Below, in pieces: positions 54,792 to 64,000 of a DNA stretch of 64,000 nt (the stretch's first letter is position 1; each line of letters opens with the position of its first letter). Source of the DNA: an uncultured delta proteobacterium (GTDB taxonomy: Bacteria; Desulfobacterota; WTBG01; CAIYCZ01; CAIRTM01); NCBI GenBank assembly GCA_963804955.1, contig CAWDSQ010000007.1, forward strand, positions 96,001 to 160,000, in the 5' to 3' direction. A program made the position numbers and the translations under genes. The notes under the pieces are model-generated. The model was not told the DNA's origin. It did no database searches and saw only the letters and a list, made by a program, of their open reading frames with translations.

Positions 54792-55114
54792 ACGATTGCC
54801 TGTAATCTGCGATTAATCTGGCTGAGTACGAAAAACTGCTCACTGCTGTCTGGTGAGCAATTGAAAAAATCCGTGCATCCCGTTTCACCAGGTTCTTCGG
54901 ATGAAATATTCACCCGTCTCCGGCACGGCTTACAGTATCTATGTATGCCTAACGGGATTTCTCCGCCCCATGCCCTGAAAATCGTTACAGCCCTAAGGGC
55001 CCTGCCCTGAAACTATTCAGTGGAACAGCTCTCAAGCTTATTATCGCTTGATAAAAGCACAAAATTATATATAATTCCTTAAATTCAATAATTTCTCTAA
55101 TGGAGTCAATGTAT

Positions 55115-55948
55115 ATGAAAGTGCTCATAACCGGTGCAGAAGGAATGCTGGGTCATGATCTCATCCGTGTTCTTGAGGGCAAGCACAACCTTATCCCCAC
55201 CACGCTGGCCTGCCTTGATATCTGCAATGCGTATCAGACAGCTGAGCTGCTGGCTTTGCAGGCTCCTGACTGTGTCATTAACTGCGCTGCCTACACCAAT
55301 GTGGACGGCTGCGAAACTGACGCAGACAATGCTTTCGCCGCAAATGCCGAAGGAGTAAAAAATCTGGCCCTTGCCTGTCGACAATCGGGAGCCAGGCTGC
55401 TGCATATCAGTACAGATTATGTGTTTGACGGAACCGGTCAGAGCCCCTATGTCGAGGATGATACGGTCAATCCCCTATCGGTCTACGGCCAATCAAAGCT
55501 TGCCGGAGAGCGCTTTATTCAGGAAATTCTGGACAATTATGCCATAATTCGAACCGAATGGCTGTACGGACGAAACGGAAAGCATTTTGTCGGCAGAATT
55601 CTGCAGCTTGCCGGAGAACGTGATACTCTCGAAGTGGTTGATGATCAGAAAGGCACGCCGACCGGCACGGCCGACCTTGCCATGGCTATTGAGGCGCTGC
55701 TTGCTGTTCCGGCCCGCGGCATTTATCATGTGACCAATGCAGGGTCATGCTCGTGGTATGTTTTTGCGAAAAAAATTCTTGCCATTGCCGGCAGCCAGAC
55801 CCGCGTGCTGCCCATTTCCTCAGAGCGCCTTGCCCGGCCCGCCCGGCGGCCCGCATATTCCGTGCTCGACTGCTCTAAATTTATTAAAGAAACCGGGCAT
55901 ATACTGCTGCCATGGGAGCAGGCTCTGGAGAACTATATGAATGCGTAA
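55115..55948 (+). CDS. rfbD: dTDP-4-dehydrorhamnose reductase
   Basis: TGAEGMLG, NCAAYTNVD, ISTDYVFDG, YGQSK and RPAYS. Confidence 0.96.
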   Translation: MKVLITGAEGMLGHDLIRVLEGKHNLIPTTLACLDICNAYQTAELLALQAPDCVINCAAYTNVDGCETDADNAFAANAEGVKNLALACRQSGARLLHISTDYVFDGTGQSPYVEDDTVNPLSVYGQSKLAGERFIQEILDNYAIIRTEWLYGRNGKHFVGRILQLAGERDTLEVVDDQKGTPTGTADLAMAIEALLAVPARGIYHVTNAGSCSWYVFAKKILAIAGSQTRVLPISSERLARPARRPAYSVLDCSKFIKETGHILLPWEQALENYMNA

Positions 55949-56053
55949 CGGATTTAAGAAGAGGTGCTCCCGGCACGGATAGGCCTTCACATCCTCGATA
56001 TTTTCTACTCTTCCGCCCTGCGCACGAGATGCGCGGCACGACTACTGTAATTT

Positions 56054-56602
56054 TCAGCGGACTATTTTTGCCGGGTTATATGTTTCAACGGATGTATGTT
56101 TCGACAACCTGCTGCGCAGCATGCCTGCGAACCGGTTCAGGGGATTGCTTCTGCTCAGAAAAGGGAAAAAAGATTTCTTGCGGGTGCCTATATTCTCAAG
56201 CTCGCGATGTATGACCATATTATCGGGATCAAGCAGCAGCCCTTTGCGAAAGGCCTGCAAAGCATCTGCGCGGCGTCCCTGCATAAGATAGACCCTGCCG
56301 AGATTATAAAAAAGATCGACAGATGTTGAATCCTGTTTAATGGCCCCATCGCACAGTTTCTCTGCCTCTTTCAGCTTTCGCATCACCAGTGCCAGCAGCA
56401 GCCCGCAATACGAAGCATACCGGGGCTCATCAGGCATGATCTCGCAGGCCCTCGAAAACAGCTTCCTGGCATCCTGCAGCTTTTTCTGACGGTAGCAGGA
56501 AAGCCCCAGCGTGAAAAGCTTTTCAGGGTCTGTCTCGTCAGTGAGCACTGCGTCAATGCCCTGACGGCTCAGCGTAATGGAGCTAAAATCGTTCACAGAC
56601 AT
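56054..56602 (-). CDS. TPR-repeat protein
   Basis: YNLGRVY...A...FRKGL..DP helical repeats. Confidence 0.85.
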   Translation of the reverse strand: MSVNDFSSITLSRQGIDAVLTDETDPEKLFTLGLSCYRQKKLQDARKLFSRACEIMPDEPRYASYCGLLLALVMRKLKEAEKLCDGAIKQDSTSVDLFYNLGRVYLMQGRRADALQAFRKGLLLDPDNMVIHRELENIGTRKKSFFPFLSRSNPLNRFAGMLRSRLSKHTSVETYNPAKIVR

Positions 56603-56865
56603 GGCATATCCTCTTGAAAAATTTTATTGCAGGGTCATATCAAGAGCAGAATGAACAGCATTATTTATAAACAAAACATGCAGATCAAAGCCCTATACTT
56701 CTTTATGAAGTAATTATTTTTAACTTTATTACAAAACACTTTTTTTGTCAAACCGCTAAATCGCATGCCGCGCGCAGACTGCATGAGCCAGCAGAAAATA
56801 AAACCCCCGGCTGTCGTGCACCCCGTGTGCAGCAATCCCGCAGTTGTCATGAGACAGAATGGATA

Positions 56866-57712
56866 TTACGGCAAATCGATGCGGGAACCCTGACGCCTGA
56901 CAAGGCCTTCCTCCAGCAGTTGACAGATAACCGATTTGACTTTTTCTAAATCAAAACCAGTTTTTTTGCTCAGCATCGCTTCGGTGCAGGCCTGATGCAT
57001 AGAGCAGCGACTTGATAATCGCACCACGGATTTCCCGATTGGAACCTTTAAATGGGCTTTGGCGTGTATGCCGGGTGCTGGTGCGAGAGGGATTACCAAA
57101 GGCTTTTTTCAGCATAACCCCATAGTCCATGAGAGCATTGTACCAGCGCCGGGGATTGCGGCGATTAAGTGTTTGTTCGATAAAAGGCAAGAGGTCGGCA
57201 TCCTGTACGCTGGTATGGCCGGCAAAGAAAAAATAAATATAGACGGCACGGATATTAGTTTCAATAACGATACAGGGCTGATTATAGGCAAAAACGCACA
57301 CGGCACGTGCCGTGTAAGGGCCGATGCCGGGAAGCTGTTCAAGTGCTTCCTGCGTGTCGGGGACCTTTCCGCCGTAGCGGGTCATGATCACCTCTGCACA
57401 CCTTTTAAGTGACTGCGCCCGCCGGTTATAGCCAAGCCCCGACCATGCTGCCAGAACCTGATGCAGAGGTGCCCGGGCAAGAACGGCGGCATTTGGAAAT
57501 CTGCCCAGGAATTCTTTGTATTTAGGAAGCACCCGGTCCACCTGCGTCTGCTGCAGCATAAATTCCGATACCAGTATCCGGTAGGGATCAGTTGTGGAGC
57601 GCCACGGCAGATCACGGCCGCAGCGGCGGTAATAATTAAGAACCATCCTCCGGAAACCGCGGACACCGTCGGCGGTGAGCTTGTCGGGAGCTATGTGCAC
57701 AGGCTGTTTCAT
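56866..57712 (-). CDS. mutY: MutY-like A/G-specific adenine glycosylase, short form without Fe-S (3' frameshift)
   Basis: LPWR, SEFMLQQTQV, GLGYNRRA, HhH motif LPGIGPYTA and ALMDYG. Confidence 0.88.
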
Positions 57713-57925
57713 GGTTGTTTTGTTCTACCAGCATATTAAGAATGGGACAAGAGTTCCTGAAACATAAAAGCTATGGCAAGCGCGTCGCAGACAACAGAAT
57801 AAATTTTTCCAGCCCCCTCGAAACAAGATGCTTTGCCACGATATGCACGTTAACCCGCACATTTCTTCTATTGACAGAAATCCAAAGGATATTCTATAGT
57901 TCCTGGCACTGAATAAGCAAGGAGG

Positions 57926-58306
57926 ATGCTGGTGGCCACAATTCTTATCATTGATGATTCCCGCTTCACCCGTTCAAACATTGCAAAAGCACTGAGAAAC
58001 AATCACTACGAAGTGCTTGAGGCAGACAACGGCGTTGTGGGCCTTGACATGATTATCAAGCACAAGCCCGACTTCGTCATAACCGACCTGCTTATGCCTG
58101 AAATGGACGGCTTTGAGCTCCTGGAAAACCTGCGCAGCAGAGGCATTGCCGTACCGGTCATCGTTATGAGCGCAGACATTCAGGAGACAACCCGCAGGCG
58201 AATTCTGGAGTTGGGGGCAAAAACACTTCTGAACAAACCGTTTCAGGGAACAACACTGCTTGAAACCCTTCAGAATCTGGCCGCGTCAGAAAGCCCAAAA
58301 ACATGA
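57926..58306 (+). CDS. CheY-like single-domain response regulator
   Basis: IIDDS, DLLMPEMDG and KPF. Confidence 0.95.
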   Translation: MLVATILIIDDSRFTRSNIAKALRNNHYEVLEADNGVVGLDMIIKHKPDFVITDLLMPEMDGFELLENLRSRGIAVPVIVMSADIQETTRRRILELGAKTLLNKPFQGTTLLETLQNLAASESPKT

Positions 58307-58917
58307 AAAACTTCACTGCGCTGGAAATTGATACGCTGACGGAAATTATCAATATCGGCATCGGCAGGGCGGCAAGCGCCCTCAACGATATTATCGGCAG
58401 CCATATCCAGCTGAAAGTGCCCAGCATTGCCATGGTGCCTCTGGATGCACTGCCGCAAACCTTTCAGCACATGGAAAACAACCTCGTCTCTTCCGTCATG
58501 CAAAGTTTTCAGGGCGATTTCACAGGGTCGGCAGCCCTTCTTTTTCCGCCTGAAAGTGCGATCCAGCTGGTGTCGGCCATTACCGATGATGAGATAACGG
58601 CAGCAAATCTCGACACAGTACGCAGCGGCACGCTCATGGAAATCGGCAACATCATCATCAACAGCCTGCTCGGCACCATGTGCAACATGTTAGAGTGCAA
58701 TCTAAACTTCTCCCTGCCTGAATACCGTGACGCCAGGGGTCTGACCGATCTCATCACGTCATCTCCGACGCTGCATGGAGAAGTTGGCATGATAATGCTC
58801 GTAGAGGCAAACTTTCTCATAAAGACCCTGAGCATCAGCGGCTATATACTGGTTATCTTTCGACTGGAAAGCACAAAGCTGCTTCAAAATATGATAACCA
58901 GCATTCCACAGAAATAG
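58303..58917 (+). CDS. cheC: CheC-family phosphatase
   Basis: Two E-xx-N motifs (EIINIG and EIGNI). Confidence 0.9.
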   Translation: MKNFTALEIDTLTEIINIGIGRAASALNDIIGSHIQLKVPSIAMVPLDALPQTFQHMENNLVSSVMQSFQGDFTGSAALLFPPESAIQLVSAITDDEITAANLDTVRSGTLMEIGNIIINSLLGTMCNMLECNLNFSLPEYRDARGLTDLITSSPTLHGEVGMIMLVEANFLIKTLSISGYILVIFRLESTKLLQNMITSIPQK

Positions 58918-58924
58918 CTTCCGC

Positions 58925-59998
58925 ATGAACCGAGAAAACGACTTTTCCTTTGAATTCAGCCTGCTGGATCAGGTGCCTTTCGGCGTCTGCATTGTTGAAA
59001 AAGGCTATAACGTGGTGTTCTGGAACCGCATTCTTGAAGAGTGGACAGGCATTGCCCACGGCGACATCTGCGGAACACCCCTTGTGGAACGATTTACCCA
59101 CCTTGCCGAAAACCGCTACCTCAAAAGGCTTGAGGCAGTGCTTGAAGGAGGGCCGCCGGTGATTTTCTCACCGCAGCTGCATCCGCATTTCATCCCCGCC
59201 CCGCTTCCCGGAGAACGGCAGCGCGTGCAGCAGACCATCGTCTCATCCATACCGCCGCGGCAACAGGGCGTGGGCCGCAGGCTGCTCATCACCATAACCG
59301 ATATGACCCAGCCCGTTGAGCAGCTCCTTGAAATAAGCAGCCTGCGGGAGCAGGCGCTCAGCGAACTTGCAGAGCGCAAGCGGGCGGAAAAAAACCTGCG
59401 CGCCTCGGAGAAACGCTTTCAGGACATCGCTTTAAGTTCTGCGGACTGGATATGGGAGATGGATCAGCAGTGCAATTATACATTCGCAACTGAAAAGGCC
59501 AAAGATATTCTTGGCTTTGACCCTGAGGAACTCAAGGGCTTCAATTTTCTTGATCTGCTCACATCGCAGGAGAAGCTGCACGCGCTTGACACCTTCATGC
59601 ATGCCGTTGCCCGTCGCCAGCCGTGGGTTGACATCGAGGCCTGGCTGCTCACAAAAGACGGCCGGCAAATCTGCCTTCTGTTCAATGCCGTGCCGCTGTT
59701 TGACGACAACGGCGCGCTGCTGGGATACCGCGGCGTTGCCAAGGAAATCACCGACCGCAAAAACGCTGAGGCCGATCGCGAAAACCTCATCAAGGAGCTG
59801 CAGGAAGCCCTGAAAAGCATTAAAACCCTGCGGGGGCTGCTGCCCATATGCGCCAGCTGCAAAAAAATACGCGATGACAAGGGCTACTGGAACGGCCTTG
59901 AAACCTATATCCACCAGCACACCGAAGCCGAATTCACGCATGGCATCTGCCCCGAGTGCATGCGCAAGCTCTACCCCGGAATGTTTGAAAAAACCTGA
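58925..59998 (+). CDS. Double-PAS protein with a C-terminal Cys/His motif domain
   Basis: Two PAS domains (ending DMT and EITDRK), then LLPICASCKKIRD...W..LE.Y...F.HGICPEC. Confidence 0.88.
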   Translation: MNRENDFSFEFSLLDQVPFGVCIVEKGYNVVFWNRILEEWTGIAHGDICGTPLVERFTHLAENRYLKRLEAVLEGGPPVIFSPQLHPHFIPAPLPGERQRVQQTIVSSIPPRQQGVGRRLLITITDMTQPVEQLLEISSLREQALSELAERKRAEKNLRASEKRFQDIALSSADWIWEMDQQCNYTFATEKAKDILGFDPEELKGFNFLDLLTSQEKLHALDTFMHAVARRQPWVDIEAWLLTKDGRQICLLFNAVPLFDDNGALLGYRGVAKEITDRKNAEADRENLIKELQEALKSIKTLRGLLPICASCKKIRDDKGYWNGLETYIHQHTEAEFTHGICPECMRKLYPGMFEKT

Positions 59999-60032
59999 AG
60001 CAGAAGATCTACCGCTGCCATCCTTTTGTCAT

Positions 60033-61481
60033 TTACTTTTCCTGACCGCGTGTCCGCACCTGATAGCGAACGGTGACCATATCCTGCGCGTCCGCAGCAA
60101 ATTTTGCCGACGCAGGCTGCGCAATCACGCGCGCCTTGAGTTCGCCGCTTTGCGTTATGCCCGTCCAGCGGCACCTTTTCAGTATAGAGAGCGACATCTT
60201 TTCCATGGCATGCTTGCCGCTGCTAATATCAATTTTGGCGGGCTCAACATCGGCTGTGACCATGATCAGATTCTCGGGAAGTTTTCCTGCCCAATCGACC
60301 TGCACCGGAACTGATTTTTCTTCAAGCTCATCAAGGGTGATCTCAAGTGCAGCCGGCTCGACCTTTTTTAGATAGACCCCCGGCGGCAGGGCAACCTGCC
60401 CCGGTGAAATGGACAGCCTGTTGCGCCCGACCGTTGCTTCCCCAAGGTCAATCTGCACGCGCACCTGTTCAGGCTGCACCGATTTCAGCAGCGTACCGGA
60501 ACCGCTCAGCTGCAGATGAACGGTTGATGCTGAAGCGTCGATAATATCGATAGGCCTGATTGCGATTGGTAAACTCAAGAGGAACATCGATGCCCATAAG
60601 GGTATCGCCGCTGCGGGTAAAGATGAACCAGACAATGGCCACCGTAACAAGCGATGCCAGTGCGGCAAAGCGGAACTCGCGTCTGCCGCTTCGCTGGGGG
60701 TGCCTGTGTTCATCAAGCCCCATCAGATGATCCTCAAGCAGCTCTGCAAGTCGCTCCCAGCCCGCTACGCGCTCGACCTGATCGCCTTTTGCAACCGAAA
60801 CCTCGCCCCGCTCCTCCGATACGACGACCACCATGGCATCGGTCTGCTCGGCAAGACCTGCTGCGGCGCGGTGCCGCGTGCCGAAAAATGAAGGCAAATC
60901 CGAGCGGCTCGACAGCGGCAGCACGCCGCCAACCGTGGTGATCCGGTCCCCCACGATGATGGCGGCGCCGTCATGGACAGGATTATCATCCCAGAAAATA
61001 CTCATCCAGCATCTCCCGCGAAACCAGCCCCTGCCAGGCAATGCCGTTGCGGATATAATCGGCCAGTTCGTCTTTTGATTGCAGCACGATGATCGCGCCT
61101 GTTTTTTTGCGTGCAAGCTCGAATGCGGCATCGGCAACAATTCCTATCGTGCCGCGCATTTCGCGCTGGGGAGATCCCCAGAAAAAAGCCCGCAGGTTGC
61201 GCACCTGGAGCACCGAGCGGATTTCGTTGCGGAATACCACGATGATGATGAGTGCCGCAGCTGCGGTGATGCCCTGAATGGCCCAGCTCGTAATAATGAG
61301 GCCGAGAAATTCGGCAATGCTCTTGGCAAGCAGCAGCAGGGAAATACCCGACAAGCACGCGCCAGACTGCCGTGCCGCGGAACAGGACATACAGGCGGTA
61401 CAGAATATAGCTGTTGAGCAGAATGTCGACAATATCCTGCCACCTGATGCTTTTTAAAAAGACTGCGAGAGACTCCGCCAT
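60033..61481 (-). CDS. cdaA: Diadenylate cyclase CdaA fused to CdaR/YbbR domains (3 frameshifts)
   Basis: N-terminal TMs (DIVDILL, FRNEIR), catalytic HDGA and GTRHRAA, VVVSEERG, then a TM segment and YbbR-like DVPLEFTN...V.IDL...LP.GV....P. Confidence 0.85.
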
Positions 61482-61486
61482 TGCTT

Positions 61487-61879
61487 TCAATCCGTCACGC
61501 TGAACCGCACGACATCCAGCCGCTTGTTGTCGGCCCCTAGAATTTCAACCCGCCAGGGACCTTTGTCGGTTTCGCGAAGCTGCATGGTGGAATAGATCTT
61601 CCAGCTCGGCGGCTCCAGCACGAGCCTGCGCTTGGCCACAAGCCTGTCGCGATGATACCAGACATGAAAAACCGTGGCCTTCACCGGCACGAACTCAAAA
61701 TAGCAGAAACAGAAAATCTTGCCCTCGGACGCGGAAAAAACAACGGCCCTGTTTTCAGGCCCGGCTTCGGAAATCTGCTCGCACATATAGGCTGCAGTAA
61801 GCCGCAGGCCGTCCTTGGAAAAAGCGGCCGCCGGAAGGCAGACAAGAAAAAATACTGCAAGGATAATAATTTTTTTCAT
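61487..61879 (-). CDS. Exported DUF2914-domain protein
   Basis: Signal peptide, HVWY, W..YS and GPWRVEI. Confidence 0.85.
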   Translation of the reverse strand: MKKIIILAVFFLVCLPAAAFSKDGLRLTAAYMCEQISEAGPENRAVVFSASEGKIFCFCYFEFVPVKATVFHVWYHRDRLVAKRRLVLEPPSWKIYSTMQLRETDKGPWRVEILGADNKRLDVVRFSVTD

Positions 61880-61970
61880 GGCACGTGTTATTCTACGAGT
61901 CGATAAGAGTTAATCGTCAGGTTCTCAGAGCGGTGCTCAGCATGCACCATCGGCTGTTGAGCTTTGATCA

Positions 61971-62811
61971 TCAACCCTTGACCGCTGTCGATGTGCGCAG
62001 CTCGTTGCCGAACCAGACCACCCGCTGCGGAAAGGGTATTTCCATGCCCTCCCGCTCCAAGCTCTGTCTTGATGCGCCACAAAAGTTCCTTCTTTGCGCC
62101 GTACCACTCGCCCACTGGCGCCCAGATGCGCACGGCGATATTGACGCTGTTGTCTCCCAGCGTCTCCACGAACACCACCGGCTCCGGGTATTTCAGGGCA
62201 AACGGATATTCATCGATCACGCGATTGATGACAGCAATGGCCTGGTCGGCGTCATCGCTGTAGCGGATGCCAACGGTATAGTCGATGCGGCGCACGATAT
62301 GGTTGACATAGTTTACGATGGGCGCCGTAAAAATTTTTTCATTGGGAATGCGCACAAACAGCCCGTCAAAGGTGCGCAGCGTGGTGGAGATTATGCGAAT
62401 GTCCTCGACAAAGCCCGCAAAGTCGTTGATGCTCACCTGGTCGCCGATTTTTATGGGCCGCTCGATCATAAGGAAAATACCCGAGATGAGATTTCCGACG
62501 ATGCTCTGGCTGGCAAAGCCGATGACAACGCCGGCGATGCCGCCGGCGACCATAAGGCCGGAAAATTTAAACCCGAGCTCGCCCAGGGCATAGATCACGG
62601 CCACGGTCATGATGGTCCAGTTGATGAGCTTGACGGCAATCTCGAGATTGTCTTTGCGCAGCTTGTCCTTAAATGCCCGGCGCATATAGGCCGACACCAG
62701 CCGCGCCGCAATAAACGCAGCCGCCACCACCGCCACAGCCACCAGCGCATCGGCAACCGACACCTTTTTATACAGGTGCATGTCAAGCAGTTTCAGTATC
62801 CACGCGTTCAT
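61971..62811 (-). CDS. mscS: Small-conductance mechanosensitive channel (frameshift near 62055)
   Basis: GFASQ...NLISG, ERPIKIGD and IPN. EIPFPQR lies in the shifted frame, which stops at 61971. Confidence 0.92.
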
Positions 62812-63520
62812 AGGCCGTCCGTCATTGTAAATTTCGGAAAAAGCACAACAAGCTTGCGCGCCGTATACAGCTCCAGGGATTTGCTCATGTGCTGCTCCAG
62901 GGGCATGTCCCTGAAATCGGTATTGGCCGTTGTCGCACCCGTCACTTCCATATCGGCCCGCATGGCAACCAGCCCGTCGCTATAGTACAGCTTCATGCCA
63001 TAGGCGCTGAATACAGCCTTGGTTACTTCAACCCACGACCCGGTAGCGTTTACAATCTTCAGCTCCATGACCCCCTCGCGCAGCCTGTCCGGCAGAGGCT
63101 GCAGCGGTTTCCACGGGGGTGCTCCAGTAGCGGCACAGCATGCCGTTGCGCGGATCGCCGTACAGCGTGTACTTCTGCCGCGCCAGGGTGAATATATCAA
63201 GGGTTTCGATCTCGCCATTGTCCTTGCAGAAAAACGCCGATCTCAACCGGAAATGTAACAAACACGGTGCTCGTTGATTTGGGCGCAAGAGCAGCCGGTC
63301 GCTGAAAATCAAGATACAGGTACGGGGTCAGGTCGCGAGGCAGGTTGAGGGGCTCGACCGGATTGATGACAATGCTGCCCCGGCCACCTCCCAGCAGCAG
63401 CTTTTCAGCCTTCTCCTCACCAAGCTGCCGGCGGTACACAATGGCATCGCCTCGCCGCTCGATGCTGAGGCTGATGCCTTCGGACTCAATATTTAAAGGG
63501 ATATCGTAGGTGCCGTACAT
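62808..63520 (-). CDS. DUF432-domain protein (frameshifted)
   Basis: MYG.Y, NPVEPLNLP, FPVEIGVF and KYTLYG. Its stop overlaps the mscS start (ATGA). Confidence 0.8.
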
Positions 63521-63739
63521 GAAAAAATAATCCGTAATTTATCTTTCTTGCCAGATTAACACACTTTTCCGCACCGTTCACCATATTTCCTCGCCGCCTC
63601 ATGATTCGCGTCTTTTTCAAGGCGATTGAGAAGCCGGTCATAGTCAAAATTCCATGCAACCACCTGAAACTCTTGAAACGGCACCATATTCTTGTTTTTG
63701 CAAAATAAATGCAGCCGTAGTTATAATTACACTTTTGCA

Positions 63740-63964
63740 AACCACATAGCCGGAAGGGTTCGCAAGGCCCGTGCAAACGGAAGTCCCTTTATCGTCGTTC
63801 AGGGCGATCAGGCCTATTGCAGCAGGTTCGGCTTTGTACCGGCCTCTGCCTATGGCATCCACAGCCCCTATCCTGACGACAATTTCATGGTGCTCTTCCT
63901 GCACCAGAGGCCAGCGCAAATCCCTGAAACGGCCTATTACACAAAAGAATTCGATGGGCTCTGA
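63740..63964 (+). pseudogene. C-terminal fragment of a YhbS-like GNAT acetyltransferase
   Basis: PFIVVQGDQAYCSRFGF...FMVL...YTKEF, with no recognisable N-terminal half. Confidence 0.6.
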
Positions 63965-64000
63965 CCGCAGAAAGAAATTCCCATGAAACCTGTATGTGGT

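Noticed and set aside
54870..54960. Hammerhead ribozyme
   Set aside because: A three-stem junction and GAAAC are present on the minus strand, but the CUGANGA core is absent.

Overview
64 kb of GC-rich bacterial chromosome. Gene content (Fhs, IorAB/PaaK, AOR, CheC module, sigma-54 promoters) suggests an anaerobic deltaproteobacterium (Desulfobacterota-like). About 20 otherwise intact genes carry single-base frameshifts, most likely assembly indel errors. Housekeeping and metabolic blocks: acyl-CoA dehydrogenase, two MaoC genes and E1 alpha/beta; argS-SPOR-cutA; fdhD; a beta-CASP nuclease; fhs; AOR; porin-iorAB-paaK-ACT-livKHMGF-paaK; queE; rfbD; mutY. Most interesting items: (1) an accessory island at 11.2-19.1 kb with a tandem, recombining array pairing RCC1-repeat lipoproteins with secreted Cys-patterned hydrophobic proteins ending in CLFWWL; (2) beside it, an orphan gene resembling DPANN-archaeal DGR variable proteins; (3) a DUF432-MscS-DUF2914-(CdaA::CdaR fusion) c-di-AMP/osmosensing cluster; (4) a ferredoxin-dependent bilin reductase-like gene beside a HemG-like flavodoxin; (5) a promoter-backed, 6S-like rod-shaped ncRNA candidate. 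I recognised no rRNA, tRNA, CRISPR array, integrase or transposase. All family calls come from motif recognition, not database searches.
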